From Desulfomicrobium sp. (lineage in GTDB: Bacteria > Desulfobacterota > Desulfovibrionia > Desulfovibrionales > Desulfomicrobiaceae): a stretch of 64,000 nucleotides of DNA. Both the position numbers and the translations under genes were made by a program. The notes under the pieces are model-generated. The model saw only the letters and a list, made by a program, of their open reading frames with translations. It was not told where the DNA came from and did not search any database. Each line of letters starts with the position of its first letter. Positions within the stretch are counted from its first letter, which is position 1. The stretch is taken from the NCBI GenBank assembly GCA_040768745.1, contig JAXGMI010000001.1, positions 960,001-1,024,000 of the forward strand. The letters are read 5' to 3'. This document shows, piece by piece, positions 1 through 10,722 of this stretch.

Positions 1-1
1 T

Positions 2-844
2 CCCGAGGGGGGCCGCACGGCAAGGGGCAAGCACGTGGCCAACCTGCTGCCTCTGGACAGCAACGAGTACATCGCTGCGGCCATGACCTGTCGGGACCTG
101 GACCGTGAAAAATTCTATCTTTTTTATACCCGCCAGGGGGTGGTCAAACGCAGTTCCGTGGAGTTGTACCGCAACATCCGTACTGCGGGTCTCATCGCCC
201 TGGGCATGCGTGAGGACGACGAACTCATCGGCGTGTGCGAGGTGGAAGAGGACGACGAGATGGTCCTGGTCACGGTGGACGGGTATTCCATCCGTTTTGC
301 CTGCGCAGAAGTGCGGGCCATGGGTCGGTCGGCCACCGGCGTCAAGGGCATCGCCCTGCGCAAGGGCGATCAGGTCGTGGCTGGCGTGGTAATCAGCAGG
401 GACACCAAGCAGGAACTTCTGACCGTAGCCGAGAACGGCTACGGGAAACGGACCCAGGTGGGACAGTTCCGGGCCCAGACGCGTGGCGGCAAGGGTGTCA
501 TCAATATGCGCATCACCCCCAAAACAGGGAAGGTCGTAGGGGCTATGATGGTCCACCCCACCGACGAGCTCATCCTGTTGACCTCCGGCAGCAAGATCAT
601 CCGCATCGGCATTGCCAGCATCAGCCTGGTGGGCCGAGCGGCCCAGGGCGTGCGCTTGGTCCGCCTTGAGGACGACCAGACCGTGATCTGCTTTGATCAC
701 GTGCCGACCGAAACAGCCGAGACGAGCACAACTTCCGGAGGTGGCGTGTTCGAAGAGGGCGGAGGCCTGCTCGACGACACGGCCGATGACGGGTTCCTGG
801 CCGACGGGTTCAGGGATGGGGGAGATGACGACGAGGAAGGATAG
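2..844 (+). CDS. gyrA: DNA gyrase subunit A, C-terminal beta-pinwheel and acidic tail (5' truncated by window edge)
   Basis: Repeated pinwheel blade motifs (MGRSATGVKGI, QTRGGKGVINM, VGRAAQGVRLV) and an acidic C-terminal tail. Confidence 0.95.
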   Translation, partial: PEGGRTARGKHVANLLPLDSNEYIAAAMTCRDLDREKFYLFYTRQGVVKRSSVELYRNIRTAGLIALGMREDDELIGVCEVEEDDEMVLVTVDGYSIRFACAEVRAMGRSATGVKGIALRKGDQVVAGVVISRDTKQELLTVAENGYGKRTQVGQFRAQTRGGKGVINMRITPKTGKVVGAMMVHPTDELILLTSGSKIIRIGIASISLVGRAAQGVRLVRLEDDQTVICFDHVPTETAETSTTSGGGVFEEGGGLLDDTADDGFLADGFRDGGDDDEEG

Positions 845-988
845 TGGGGGGCCCCCACAGAAACGCTCGAGGACAGTGCCCTGCAGGCTGTGTGCCCCGA
901 TGCGTTCCACCTGGCTGGACGAGCGGGGACATGTCGTGTACGGACCATCCCATGAAGCGTGATCGGAATGCAGCAGGCGCTGGAGCAC

Positions 989-1022
989 AAAGGGACGGGC
1001 GGTAGCCGGGTCCCTTTTTTTT
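989..1022 (+). terminator. Rho-independent terminator or attenuator between gyrA and pyrB
   Basis: AAAGGGAC...GTCCCTTT stem followed by a T8 run. Confidence 0.7.
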
Positions 1023-1064
1023 GGTCACCGTGGTGTCAGCAACTGACGTGGGAAGGTGTAGCGC

Positions 1065-1997
1065 ATGAATTGGCGGCACAAGGATCTCCTGGAAATTTCT
1101 CAATTGAGCAGGGATGAAGTCGAACACGTCTTCGAGACAGCGGCCCGGTTTGCGGAGGTGAACCAGCGGCCCATCAAGAAAGTGCCGATCCTGAAAGGCA
1201 AAAGCGTTGTCCTGTTTTTTGCCGAGGCCTCCACGCGGACCAAGACGTCTTTCGATATGGCCGGCAAGCGCCTTTCGGCCGACACCTTCAGCCTGACCAA
1301 ATCCGGCAGTTCCCTGCAGAAGGGTGAAAGTCTGAAGGACACGGCCCTGACCCTGCAGGCGATGCATCCCGATGCCATTGTCATCCGTCACTGGGATAGT
1401 GGAGCCGCGGCCTTTCTGGCCCAGCGGCTGGAATGCTCCATCATCAATGCCGGGGACGGCTGGCATGCCCACCCCACTCAGGCCCTGCTGGACGGGTTCA
1501 CCCTGAGTCGGGTCTGGGACTCTTTTGCCGGCAAGACCGTTTGTATCCTTGGGGACATTGCCCACAGCCGGGTGGCCAGGTCTGATGTCCAACTCCTGAC
1601 CATGCTCGGGGTCAGGGTCCGGCTTTGCGCCCCCCGGACACTGTTGCCCGCCGCGGCCTCGACATGGCCGGTGGAGATCTTCTCCGATGTGGCCAAGGCC
1701 TGCGCAGGGGTGGATGCGGTCATCTGCCTGCGTCTGCAGCTGGAGCGGCAGCAGGCCGGGCTTTTACCGGATTTGCGCGAATACGCCAGCACCTATGGCC
1801 TCAGCCCCAGGCATCTCGCAGATGCCTCGCCGGATGTGAAGATCATGCATCCCGGTCCCATGAACCGAGGGCTTGAGATTAGTTCCGAACTTGCGGACTG
1901 TGGGGCCAGCCTCATCCTGGATCAGGTGTCCTCCGGTGTGGCAGTGCGCATGACTCTTTTGCATCTCTACCTCACCCGGGCCCGCGTTTCCGCGTAG
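1065..1997 (+). CDS. pyrB: Aspartate carbamoyltransferase catalytic subunit
   Basis: [28 protein letters not shown] and HPGP motifs. Confidence 0.97.
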   Translation: MNWRHKDLLEISQLSRDEVEHVFETAARFAEVNQRPIKKVPILKGKSVVLFFAEASTRTKTSFDMAGKRLSADTFSLTKSGSSLQKGESLKDTALTLQAMHPDAIVIRHWDSGAAAFLAQRLECSIINAGDGWHAHPTQALLDGFTLSRVWDSFAGKTVCILGDIAHSRVARSDVQLLTMLGVRVRLCAPRTLLPAAASTWPVEIFSDVAKACAGVDAVICLRLQLERQQAGLLPDLREYASTYGLSPRHLADASPDVKIMHPGPMNRGLEISSELADCGASLILDQVSSGVAVRMTLLHLYLTRARVSA

Positions 1998-2018
1998 GCC
2001 AAGACCAACGGTGGCACC

Positions 2019-3320
2019 ATGGCGCACGTAGAAAGCTTGATACGTAATGTCTCCTGGCAAGGCCGTGACTGTGACCTGCTCATTGGCCAGGGCCGGATTT
2101 GCGATGTGGCGGAGGCGGGAACCATCTCGGCGGAAGGCGTGGAAATTGTTGATGGCCAGGGGCTACTGCTTTTGCCCAGCCTCATCGATGCCCACGTCCA
2201 TCTGCGGGAGCCCGGGCAGGAGTACAAGGAGGACATTGCCTCGGGCCTGTCCGCCGCTGCCGCGGGAGGATTCGGCCAGGTCATGGCCATGGCCAATACA
2301 AGGCCGGTCAACGATTGCGCGGCGGTGACCCGGTACATACTGCAACAAGGGCATGCGGCCTTCCCGCAAGGTCCCTGGGTGCGGCCGGTGGGAGCTTTGA
2401 CTGTGGGGCTCTCGGGCAAAGAGCTCGCTCCGGCAGGAGAACTGGCCCTGGCGGGATGCGTGGCCCTGTCCAACGACGGCCTGCCGATGGAGAACACAGA
2501 ACTTTTCCGGCGGGCCATGGAATATGCCGCTGATTTCGGACTTAAGGTCATCGACCACTGCGAGGACCCCTTGCTGGGCAGGGGAGGAGTCATGAACGAA
2601 GGCGAGGTCTCCAGCCGTCTGGGTCTCAAGGGGATCCCGACTGTGTCCGAAGCCATGCAGGTGGCCCGGGACATCCTCCTGGCCTCGTATCTGCAACTGC
2701 CAGTCCACTTGGCCCACATCAGCTGCCGCCAGTCCGTGGAACTCATCGCCCGGGCCAAGGAGCAGGGCATTCCTGTTACGGCCGAAACCTGTCCGCACTA
2801 CCTCATGTGGGATGAAAGCAGGGTCCACGGCTACGACACCAATGTCAGAGTCAACCCGCCTCTGCGCACCCGCGACGATGTGCTGGCCATGCGTCAGGCC
2901 GTGCGCCAGGGCGTGATCGACATCCTGGTCACGGATCACGCCCCGCATGCGGCCCATGAAAAGGAAGTGACTTTTGCCGAAGCGCCCAACGGCATTTCCG
3001 GTCTGGACACGGCCCTGTCCCTGACCTTCGAGCTGGTCCGCGGCGGAGAACTGGACTGGGCGGACATCCCCCGGTTGTGGTGCTGGAAATCAGCAGAGAT
3101 CTTTGCCTTGTCCAGCAACGCCCTGCGGCCCGGAGATCCAGCGGACTTCGTTCTTTTTGATCCCGACCAGGCCTGGGTGGTTACGCCCGAGGTCATGCTG
3201 TCCAAAGGCAAGAACACGCCATGTCTGGACAAGGAGGTTCCAGGACGCGTTATGGCCCATTTTCTCGGTGGCCGGCGCGTTTTCTCCCGGCAGGCCGGCA
3301 CGTTGGGGTCGGCGTTCTAA
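2019..3320 (+). CDS. pyrC: Dihydroorotase
   Basis: DAHVHLREPG, VNPPLR and TDHAPH motifs; follows pyrB. Confidence 0.95.
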   Translation: MAHVESLIRNVSWQGRDCDLLIGQGRICDVAEAGTISAEGVEIVDGQGLLLLPSLIDAHVHLREPGQEYKEDIASGLSAAAAGGFGQVMAMANTRPVNDCAAVTRYILQQGHAAFPQGPWVRPVGALTVGLSGKELAPAGELALAGCVALSNDGLPMENTELFRRAMEYAADFGLKVIDHCEDPLLGRGGVMNEGEVSSRLGLKGIPTVSEAMQVARDILLASYLQLPVHLAHISCRQSVELIARAKEQGIPVTAETCPHYLMWDESRVHGYDTNVRVNPPLRTRDDVLAMRQAVRQGVIDILVTDHAPHAAHEKEVTFAEAPNGISGLDTALSLTFELVRGGELDWADIPRLWCWKSAEIFALSSNALRPGDPADFVLFDPDQAWVVTPEVMLSKGKNTPCLDKEVPGRVMAHFLGGRRVFSRQAGTLGSAF

Positions 3321-3370
3321 ACCGGGAGGGACGGCCTTTACCTGTCAGCCCGCCTTCGAAGGAAACATGC

Positions 3371-4744
3371 ATGGCCAACATCCTTATTGTCGACGATGAC
3401 TTAAGCCTGCGCGAGGTTTTGGAAATCGCCCTGTCCAAAAAGGGGCATAAAGCCTGGGCCGCTCCCGACTCGGCCACAGCTCTGTCCATTCTGCACAAGG
3501 AAAATATCGCCCTCATCCTTCTTGACCTGCGTTTGGGGCAGGAAAGTGGCATCGATCTCTTGGCGCGCATCCGTGAAACCTGGACTGACATTCCAGTGCT
3601 CATGGTCACGGCCTATGCCGACGCCAAAAGCGCCATCATGGCCTTGAAACACGGGGCCAAGGACTATATCAGCAAACCCTTCGAGCTGGACGATCTGCTC
3701 TACACCGTGGAGCGGACCTTGGAAACGGCCCGGCTGAAGGAAGAGAATGCGTGGCTTAAAGGTCAGATCCGCAAGCAGTACGGAGATATCATTGGCCAGA
3801 GCCGCCAGATGCAGGTTGTCTTCGATCTGGTCCGGCGCATCGCCCCGACCAACATCAACGTACTCATCACCGGCGAGTCGGGCACGGGCAAGGAACTCTT
3901 TGCCCGGGCCATCCACAATGAAAGTCAGCGAACATCCCAGCCCTTTCTGGCCATCAACTGCGGTGGACTGCCCGACAATCTGGTTGAAAGCGAGTTGTTT
4001 GGTTTTCGTAAGGGGGCCTTCACCAGTGCGGACCGTTCCAAAAAGGGGTTGCTGGAGGTCGCCGAGGGTGGAACCCTTTTTTTGGACGAGGTTGGAGAGC
4101 TGGCCTTGTCCACCCAGGTCAAGCTTCTGCGCTACACCCAGGAGCGCTGCTTCATCCCCCTGGGCGGGACCGAGGAGCTGCGTTCAGACGTGCGTATCAT
4201 CGCGGCCACCAATCGCAACGTGGAGCAGGGGGTTGCCGACGGGACGTTCAGAGAGGATCTGTATTACCGCTTGAGCGGGGTCAAGGTGCACCTGCCTCCG
4301 CTGCGGGAGCGGGGCGAGGATGCCTTGCAGCTGGTGGATTATTTTCTGGGCAAGGCCTGCAGGTCCCAGAAGCGGCAGATACGGGGATTCACTCCGGAAG
4401 CCCGGAGCAAGCTGCTGGCCTATGACTATCCGGGAAACATCCGGGAGTTGGAGAACATCGTCGAGCGGGCAGTGGCCCTGGAACCGGGGGACATGATCAC
4501 GCCTGATTCCCTGGTCATTTACGAGAAGATCGCCACTGCTGATCAGGACAGCGGCATGCAGAAGGTCTTGTCGGGGCAGATGACCCTGGACGACTATCTC
4601 GGGCTGCACGAGCAAAAGGTCCTGCAGGAGGCCCTGCGCCGTTGTGGAGGACACAAGGGTCGGGCCGCGGAGATGGTGGGGCTCAATTTTCGCCAGTTCC
4701 GCTACCGCTTGACCAAGTCAGGGGAAAAAGATGAAGATGACTGA
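3371..4744 (+). CDS. Sigma54-dependent response regulator (NtrC/PilR-like: REC, AAA+, Fis HTH)
   Basis: Receiver ILIVDDD...LDL...KP, GESGTGKE, GAFTSA and C-terminal HTH; ATG at 3371 chosen over the upstream track start. Confidence 0.9.
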   Translation: MANILIVDDDLSLREVLEIALSKKGHKAWAAPDSATALSILHKENIALILLDLRLGQESGIDLLARIRETWTDIPVLMVTAYADAKSAIMALKHGAKDYISKPFELDDLLYTVERTLETARLKEENAWLKGQIRKQYGDIIGQSRQMQVVFDLVRRIAPTNINVLITGESGTGKELFARAIHNESQRTSQPFLAINCGGLPDNLVESELFGFRKGAFTSADRSKKGLLEVAEGGTLFLDEVGELALSTQVKLLRYTQERCFIPLGGTEELRSDVRIIAATNRNVEQGVADGTFREDLYYRLSGVKVHLPPLRERGEDALQLVDYFLGKACRSQKRQIRGFTPEARSKLLAYDYPGNIRELENIVERAVALEPGDMITPDSLVIYEKIATADQDSGMQKVLSGQMTLDDYLGLHEQKVLQEALRRCGGHKGRAAEMVGLNFRQFRYRLTKSGEKDEDD

Positions 4745-4803
4745 ACTTATTTGCTGTTCCTCCGCACGTTTTTTTCCGTGCACGACCACTCAAGGAGAGA
4801 TTG

Positions 4804-6126
4804 ATGCCCCAGCCGATACGAGAAGCCGTCTCCATCTGCAAAACCATCATGCGCAACGGCTATGACGCCTATGTCATCAATGCCGCCCTGCAACGGAAAA
4901 TTCTTGGCAATTCCAAGGAAGCCGAGGTGGAAATCTGTACGGATATCGATTTTACCGGCCTCAAAGCTCTTTTTCCGGATGCTGTCCCGGGCGGCGGCGA
5001 GACCGTGGCCCGCATCCAGCAGGGCGGATCCGTTTTCCTTTTTTACCCCGCGGATATGGCTGACGCCTCCCACCCAGAGGCATGCGTTGCCCAGATCACG
5101 GCCAATATGCTGCGGAAGCTGGAAAAGGACGACAGCTTTCCGATCCATCTCGCCTGTCCGTACATCCCCCGCTCCAGGGATGTGTACGATGGGTTCGAGA
5201 ACATTGCCGGCGGCCAGATCAAGTTCCAGGGCATTCCGGACGAAACCCTGAAGCACGACTATCTGCGGGCCATACGCGCACTGCGCTTTTCAGCCAACTA
5301 CCATCTGCCCATCGAGGAAAATTCCTGGATGTCCATTATCCGTGCCTCCCGTCGGGTGTTGGACTACGTCTCTGTGACGGACATCATGGACGAATGGCGC
5401 AAGGTTGAAGCCGAGAACATGTGGCGCTTCGCGGAACTGCTTTTCAACTCCATGATCATCCATGGATTTATACCCGAGCTGGCGGCCTTGAGCCGGATTT
5501 TTCAAGTCTTCAATGAAGAGGTCGGTCCTGAGTCCGTTTGGAGCCATACCTTGCAGGTCATGCGCCACTATCCTGAGGAGTTGCCATACGACTGGTACGG
5601 CACCCTGGCCTGTCTCTTCCACGCCTGCGGCAAGCTCTACGCCGGGGAGCAGTACGGTGGCAAGACGACGTTTTACCAGCATCATCGCATCGGGGCCAAG
5701 GTCACACGCAAGATTTTGAAGCGCCTGCGGCTCAATACCGAGGAAGTGGATCTGGTCTGTCACCTGGTCCGCAACCACATACGGTTTTTCTTCATGCTTA
5801 CGGACAAGGGCATCCGGCGGTTCAAGGCCCTGGACGACTATCCCAGGCTCATCGAGATGGCGAGGGCTGACATCAAGGCGCGCAATGCCAATTACGCGGA
5901 ATTCAATCACAACATGAAAATGCTCGAGCGGGCAGATATCCGGGAGGAACTGCTCGAACCGCTCTTGAACGGCAAGCAGATTATGGACATCGCCGGGATC
6001 AAGCCCGGTCCGGCAGTAGGTCTGATCCGGGACAGCTTGCTGCAGGCCCAGATCGCCGGCGATGTGAACAGCATTGAAGACGCCAAACGTTTCGTCATTG
6101 CGTATAAAGAGATGAATCAGCTTTAA
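4804..6126 (+). CDS. CCA-adding/poly(A) polymerase-like HD-domain protein with degenerate catalytic motifs
   Basis: DYLRAIRALRF, HD-like region (HTLQV...LFHACGK...HHRIGA) and PLLNGKQIM...PGPAVG C-terminus typical of class II nucleotidyltransferases; AAGGAG RBS. Confidence 0.8.
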   Translation: MPQPIREAVSICKTIMRNGYDAYVINAALQRKILGNSKEAEVEICTDIDFTGLKALFPDAVPGGGETVARIQQGGSVFLFYPADMADASHPEACVAQITANMLRKLEKDDSFPIHLACPYIPRSRDVYDGFENIAGGQIKFQGIPDETLKHDYLRAIRALRFSANYHLPIEENSWMSIIRASRRVLDYVSVTDIMDEWRKVEAENMWRFAELLFNSMIIHGFIPELAALSRIFQVFNEEVGPESVWSHTLQVMRHYPEELPYDWYGTLACLFHACGKLYAGEQYGGKTTFYQHHRIGAKVTRKILKRLRLNTEEVDLVCHLVRNHIRFFFMLTDKGIRRFKALDDYPRLIEMARADIKARNANYAEFNHNMKMLERADIREELLEPLLNGKQIMDIAGIKPGPAVGLIRDSLLQAQIAGDVNSIEDAKRFVIAYKEMNQL

Positions 6127-6223
6127 TAACCAGGATTATTCGGTTTCTTCTTCAGCAGAAGGCACGAGGAGCGCAGGATTGTCGCTCTTTGTGCCTTCGC
6201 GATTCCGGAACCAACCATGCACA

Positions 6224-7300
6224 ATGCGCAACATTCTTGAACTGATCTATCCTGAACTGGAGCACGCGGTCCTGGCCATGGGACATCAGGCGTTCCGCGC
6301 CCGACAGCTCTGGCAGTGGTTGTGGCGGCGGGGTGTGCGCGAGTATGGCCCCATGACAAACCTGGCCAGGGAATTCCGGGAGGACCTGGCCCAGGAATGG
6401 GCCATTGCCTGGCCCGAGGTGACCGAAGTCCGCACCAGTTCCGACGGGACCATCAAGTTTCTGCTGCGCATGGTTGACGGGGCAACGGTGGAAACGGTGC
6501 TTATCCCGGACAAAAGCCGCTATACGCAATGCCTGTCCTGTCAGGTCGGCTGTCCCATGGGCTGCAGTTTCTGCAGTACGGGGCAGATGGGGTATGTGCG
6601 GAACATGACCGGAGGCGAGATCGCGGCCCAGGTGCTGGTGGCCAGGGAGCATTTGCGGGGGCATGGTTTGGCCGTGGAAGTGAAGAATCTGGTGTATATG
6701 GGCATGGGAGAACCGTTGTTGAACTGGGACGAGGTGAGAAAGAGTCTGCACATCCTCTCCTACCCTGAGGGGTTGGAATTCTCCCGGCGGCGGATCACCC
6801 TGTCGACGTGCGCCATCAAGGGAAAGCTGGACGTGTTCGGAAGGGAAGGACTGGCCTTGCCGGCCATTTCCCTGCACGCCCCGACCCAGGATATCCGGAA
6901 GAGGCTCATGCCTGGCGCGGCCAAATGGCCCATCGAAGAGCTGATCAAGGCCCTGCAGGAATTCGAGTTGCGACCCCGGGAGCGGGTGACGATCGAATAC
7001 ATCCTCATCCGGGGTGTCAACGACGGGATCGAGCATGCCCGGCAACTTGTGCGCCTTCTGTCGCACCTCAAATGCAAGATCAACCTCATTGCCTATAACG
7101 CCGGACCGGGGATCGCCTACGAGGCACCGGACCCAGCAGCAGTGATGGCCTTCGAGGAATTTCTGCGCAAAAAGGGGTTCACTGTAACCCTGCGCAAAAG
7201 CAAAGGACAGGATATCGCGGCGGCCTGCGGCCAGCTCAAGACCGAGGTGGAGCGTACGCAGGGAGAAAGGAAGAATGAACAAGGATTCATCAATGGATAA
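6224..7300 (+). CDS. rlmN: 23S rRNA m2A2503/tRNA m2A37 radical SAM methyltransferase
   Basis: [27 protein letters not shown] and DIAAACGQL motifs. Confidence 0.95.
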   Translation: MRNILELIYPELEHAVLAMGHQAFRARQLWQWLWRRGVREYGPMTNLAREFREDLAQEWAIAWPEVTEVRTSSDGTIKFLLRMVDGATVETVLIPDKSRYTQCLSCQVGCPMGCSFCSTGQMGYVRNMTGGEIAAQVLVAREHLRGHGLAVEVKNLVYMGMGEPLLNWDEVRKSLHILSYPEGLEFSRRRITLSTCAIKGKLDVFGREGLALPAISLHAPTQDIRKRLMPGAAKWPIEELIKALQEFELRPRERVTIEYILIRGVNDGIEHARQLVRLLSHLKCKINLIAYNAGPGIAYEAPDPAAVMAFEEFLRKKGFTVTLRKSKGQDIAAACGQLKTEVERTQGERKNEQGFING

Positions 7301-7679
7301 ACGTGATTTACCTGATTTTAACAAGGCCGGCGGGCTGGTGCCGGTCATCGCCCAGGACGGAGCGAGCGGGGAAGTGCTTATGCTCGCCTTCATGAACGAG
7401 GAGGCCTGGAACGAGACGCTCAGGACAAACGAGGTGCACTACTACAGCCGCAGTCGCCAGAGCCTGTGGCACAAGGGCGGCACGTCCGGCCACGTGCAGA
7501 AGGTCAGGTCCATCCGCCTGGACTGCGACCGGGACGCGGTGCTCATCATCGTGGACCAAGTCGGTGGAGCGGCCTGCCATACGGGACGCAGAAGCTGTTT
7601 TTATCGCGAACGCGACGCGCAGGGGCAGTGGACGGACTGCTCTCCCATGATGTTCGATCCCAAGGAGGTTTACAGATAA
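7275..7679 (+). CDS. hisI: Phosphoribosyl-AMP cyclohydrolase
   Basis: [23 protein letters not shown] and [10 protein letters not shown] motifs; alternative start at 7293. Confidence 0.95.
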   Translation: MNKDSSMDKRDLPDFNKAGGLVPVIAQDGASGEVLMLAFMNEEAWNETLRTNEVHYYSRSRQSLWHKGGTSGHVQKVRSIRLDCDRDAVLIIVDQVGGAACHTGRRSCFYRERDAQGQWTDCSPMMFDPKEVYR

Positions 7680-8560
7680 TGGTTGACGGAAAAATCATGC
7701 GTATCGGCATTCCCAAGGGTTCACTTGAAGAGGCCACAGTCAAGCTCTTTGCAAAGGCTGGGTGGAAGGTGACCTCGCACCACCGGAACTATTTTCCAGA
7801 AATAAACGACCCCGAACTGACCTGCTCACTGTGCCGCGCCCAGGAAATGGCACGGTATGTCGAAAGCGGCCTGCTCGATGCCGGCCTGACGGGCAAGGAT
7901 TGGATCCTGGAAAACGAATCCGATGTTGTCATTGTCGACGACCTCATCTACTCCAAGGCCAGTAATCGCCCTGCGAAGTGGGTGCTGGCTGTGGCTGGCG
8001 ACTCGCCCTACAAACGTCCCGAGGATCTGGCTGGGAAGAAAATCGCCACGGAATTCGTGGGTTACACCCGCCGTTATTTTGAGACTGCAGGCATTCCCGT
8101 GGATGTGGAATACTCCTGGGGGGCAACCGAGGCCAAGGTTGTGGAAGGTCTGGTGGATGGCGTTGTGGAGATCACCGAGACCGGCACGACCATCAAGGCC
8201 CACGGACTGAGGATCATTGCCGAGTTGCTGCAGACCAACACCCAGCTCATCGCCAACAAGGAATCCTGGAAGGATCCATGGAAGCGGGCCAAGATAGAGA
8301 ACATGAATACCCTCTTGCAGGGTGCGCTGAGGGCAGAGAAGCTGGTGGCGCTGAAGATGAACGCACCAGGGGATGCCGTGGACAGAGTCATGGCTCTGCT
8401 TCCGAGCATGAACTCGCCGACTGTGGCCCATCTGCACAATTCCGACTGGATGTCCATCGAGACGGTGGTGGACATTTCCCTGGTCCGGGACTTGGTGCCC
8501 AGGCTCCAGGCAGTTGGAGCCCAGGCCATCATAGAGTATTCCCTGAACAAGGTCATCTAA
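7679..8560 (+). CDS. hisG: ATP phosphoribosyltransferase, long form
   Basis: IGIPKGSL, GLTGKDW, WGATEAK and TETGTT motifs; ATG overlaps the hisI stop (TAATG). Confidence 0.95.
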   Translation: MVDGKIMRIGIPKGSLEEATVKLFAKAGWKVTSHHRNYFPEINDPELTCSLCRAQEMARYVESGLLDAGLTGKDWILENESDVVIVDDLIYSKASNRPAKWVLAVAGDSPYKRPEDLAGKKIATEFVGYTRRYFETAGIPVDVEYSWGATEAKVVEGLVDGVVEITETGTTIKAHGLRIIAELLQTNTQLIANKESWKDPWKRAKIENMNTLLQGALRAEKLVALKMNAPGDAVDRVMALLPSMNSPTVAHLHNSDWMSIETVVDISLVRDLVPRLQAVGAQAIIEYSLNKVI

Positions 8561-8599
8561 CCACAGGTTCCCTGGCGGGGACCGCGCAGGAACAACGGC

Positions 8600-9364
8600 A
8601 TGAAGATCTGTACGTGGATGCTTATTCTCTGCATTGCCCTGGCCGGATGCGCCGCGCGGGGAGGATCAGGCATTTCTTCCGGGGGCATGAACCAGCAGGA
8701 AGTGGAGCTGCGGTTGAATCTGGCGGAGTCCTATATCAACAACCGTCAGCCGCAGTTTGCCCTGCAGGAACTCCTGAAGGTGCAGTCCTCTGCCGATCAC
8801 CTGTCCCGATACCATTTTGATTCAGGCCTCGCATACATCGGCCTGGAAGAATGGGAAAAGGCACGGCAGGGTTTTGCGCAGGCAGTGCAGATCGATGACA
8901 ATTTCGCCGAGGCCTGGAACAACCTGGGAAAGATCAACGAGGTGTTGAGGCGGGACAAGGAAGCCGAAGATGCCTATCGCAAGGCCCTGGGCATTCTGAC
9001 CTATGTCACGCCAGAATTTCCGGCCTACAACCTGGGTGCGCTCATGCTGCGTCAAGGCCGGGTCAAGGAAGCAGAGGAATTAGGGCGCAAAGCCCTGGCC
9101 CGCAACTGGCGATACATCCCGGCCTACAAACTTCTGGCCGACGCCATGGTGGCCCAGAATCGCATGGAAGAAGCCGAGTCCGTGCTGAAGAGCGGCCTGG
9201 AGGCGGACATGGACAGTGCCTCAACCATGCTGGCCCTGGCCGAGCACCAGGTGCGCATGGGCAAGAGCACAGAGGCGCAGGAGATATTCCAGCGCATCAT
9301 CACCCAGAGCCCCAGATCCAATGAAGCCAAAGTGGCCAAGGATTACCTGGGACTCCTCCAGTGA
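8600..9364 (+). CDS. TPR lipoprotein, PilF/PilW pilotin-like
   Basis: Lipobox LAGC and tandem TPR motifs (AEAWNNLG, PAYNLG). Confidence 0.75.
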   Translation: MKICTWMLILCIALAGCAARGGSGISSGGMNQQEVELRLNLAESYINNRQPQFALQELLKVQSSADHLSRYHFDSGLAYIGLEEWEKARQGFAQAVQIDDNFAEAWNNLGKINEVLRRDKEAEDAYRKALGILTYVTPEFPAYNLGALMLRQGRVKEAEELGRKALARNWRYIPAYKLLADAMVAQNRMEEAESVLKSGLEADMDSASTMLALAEHQVRMGKSTEAQEIFQRIITQSPRSNEAKVAKDYLGLLQ

Positions 9365-10679
9365 CGGGGCCGGGGATGCCCCGCGCATCCTCGGCATCAA
9401 TCCATGGATCCACGATTTCGCAGCCTTTAACCTCTGGGCAAGGCCCGGCGGGTTGTTGTCTGTCCTGGCCATGCTGCGCGCTGGCGGAGCGCAGGTGGCC
9501 CTCATGGACTGCCTGGACCAGACCTGGTCCGATGTGCCCTGGCCCAAGCCCCGGGCCTGGGGCCACGGGCATTACCCCAAGGAGCATATCCCCAAACCCT
9601 TCGCCCTGCGCGCCGTGCCCAGACAATTCAGCCGTTACGGCCACTCCCCTTCGGTCGTGAGAGATGCGTTGCGGCTGCTCTCGCCGCCCCCCGACTTGGT
9701 ACTGCTCACCACCTCCATGACCTACTGGTATCCTGGCGCTGCAGAGGCCCTGGCCATGGCCCGGGAACTCTGGCCCGGAGTGCCCGTGGTTCTGGGCGGG
9801 ATCTATGCCACCCTCTGCCCGGAGCACGCGCAGGGGCTGGGTGCCGATGCGGTCCTGGGAGGGCGTCTCGAAGATCCTCTATGCTGGAGGGGGCTCTGGA
9901 AACTGCTGGGCTGTTCCGCTCCGCCCTTGCCTGCAGGGTCCGGGTTGGAATTGGCCCTGGACCTGTACGCAGCTCCCCGGTTTTCTGTCATCCTCGGCTC
10001 CCGCGGGTGCCCGTTCCATTGTCCGTACTGCGCAAGTCATACCCTGCATCCCGCTTTCCGGCAGGCAGAAGGCGAGACGGTGTTGTCCGGAGTGCGCGCT
10101 GAATTCGCGCGGGGGGTGAGGGATTTCGCTTTTTACGATGATGCGTTGCTGGTCAGCCCTGAAACCTGGCTTTGGCCCCTGCTGGAGTGGTTGGAGGGCA
10201 AGGGCGCGCGGTTGCATACGCCCAACGCCATGCATGCACGCTTTCTTACTCCCGAGTCGTGCAGGAGGCTCAAACGCGCTGGGCTGAGCACGGTGCGACT
10301 GGGGCTGGAGACTGTGGACTTCGAGCACAGGCTTGACGCGAAACTGTCGCTCCAGGAGTGGGAGGCAGGTATGGCAGCCCTGCGCGAGGCAGGATTCGGT
10401 CCTGGGGAGGTTGGGGCTTACATCCTCTTTGGACTCCCGGATCAGGATCCTGGAGTTGTGCAGCGCGCCATCATCATGGCCAAATCCTGGGGAATCCGGC
10501 CGGAGTTGGCCCACTTCACACCCATACCTTCCAGCCGGCTCTTTGGCCGGGCGTGCGAGGTGTCGTCCTATCCGCTGGCGAAAGAGCCACTCTGCCAGAA
10601 CAATTCCATCTGGCCCTGCGTGTCCGGCGGGTTTTCTTGGGAGCACGTGCGTTTCTGGCGCAGGTTGTTGGACGAATGA
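9321..10679 (+). CDS. B12-binding domain radical SAM protein
   Basis: INPWIHDFAA N-terminal motif, VLGGIYATLCPEH and GSRGCPFHCPYC; start uncertain (nearest in-frame ATG is 9321). Confidence 0.85.
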   Translation: MKPKWPRITWDSSSDGAGDAPRILGINPWIHDFAAFNLWARPGGLLSVLAMLRAGGAQVALMDCLDQTWSDVPWPKPRAWGHGHYPKEHIPKPFALRAVPRQFSRYGHSPSVVRDALRLLSPPPDLVLLTTSMTYWYPGAAEALAMARELWPGVPVVLGGIYATLCPEHAQGLGADAVLGGRLEDPLCWRGLWKLLGCSAPPLPAGSGLELALDLYAAPRFSVILGSRGCPFHCPYCASHTLHPAFRQAEGETVLSGVRAEFARGVRDFAFYDDALLVSPETWLWPLLEWLEGKGARLHTPNAMHARFLTPESCRRLKRAGLSTVRLGLETVDFEHRLDAKLSLQEWEAGMAALREAGFGPGEVGAYILFGLPDQDPGVVQRAIIMAKSWGIRPELAHFTPIPSSRLFGRACEVSSYPLAKEPLCQNNSIWPCVSGGFSWEHVRFWRRLLDE

Positions 10680-10722
10680 GGGCTGCCAGAGGGGCTGACA
10701 ACGGCTGCAGCGGGGAAAAAGC

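Noticed and set aside
845..960. Ferredoxin-like fragment (AVCPDAFHL) in frame beyond the gyrA TAG
   Set aside because: No start codon and no complete Cys motif; likely chance
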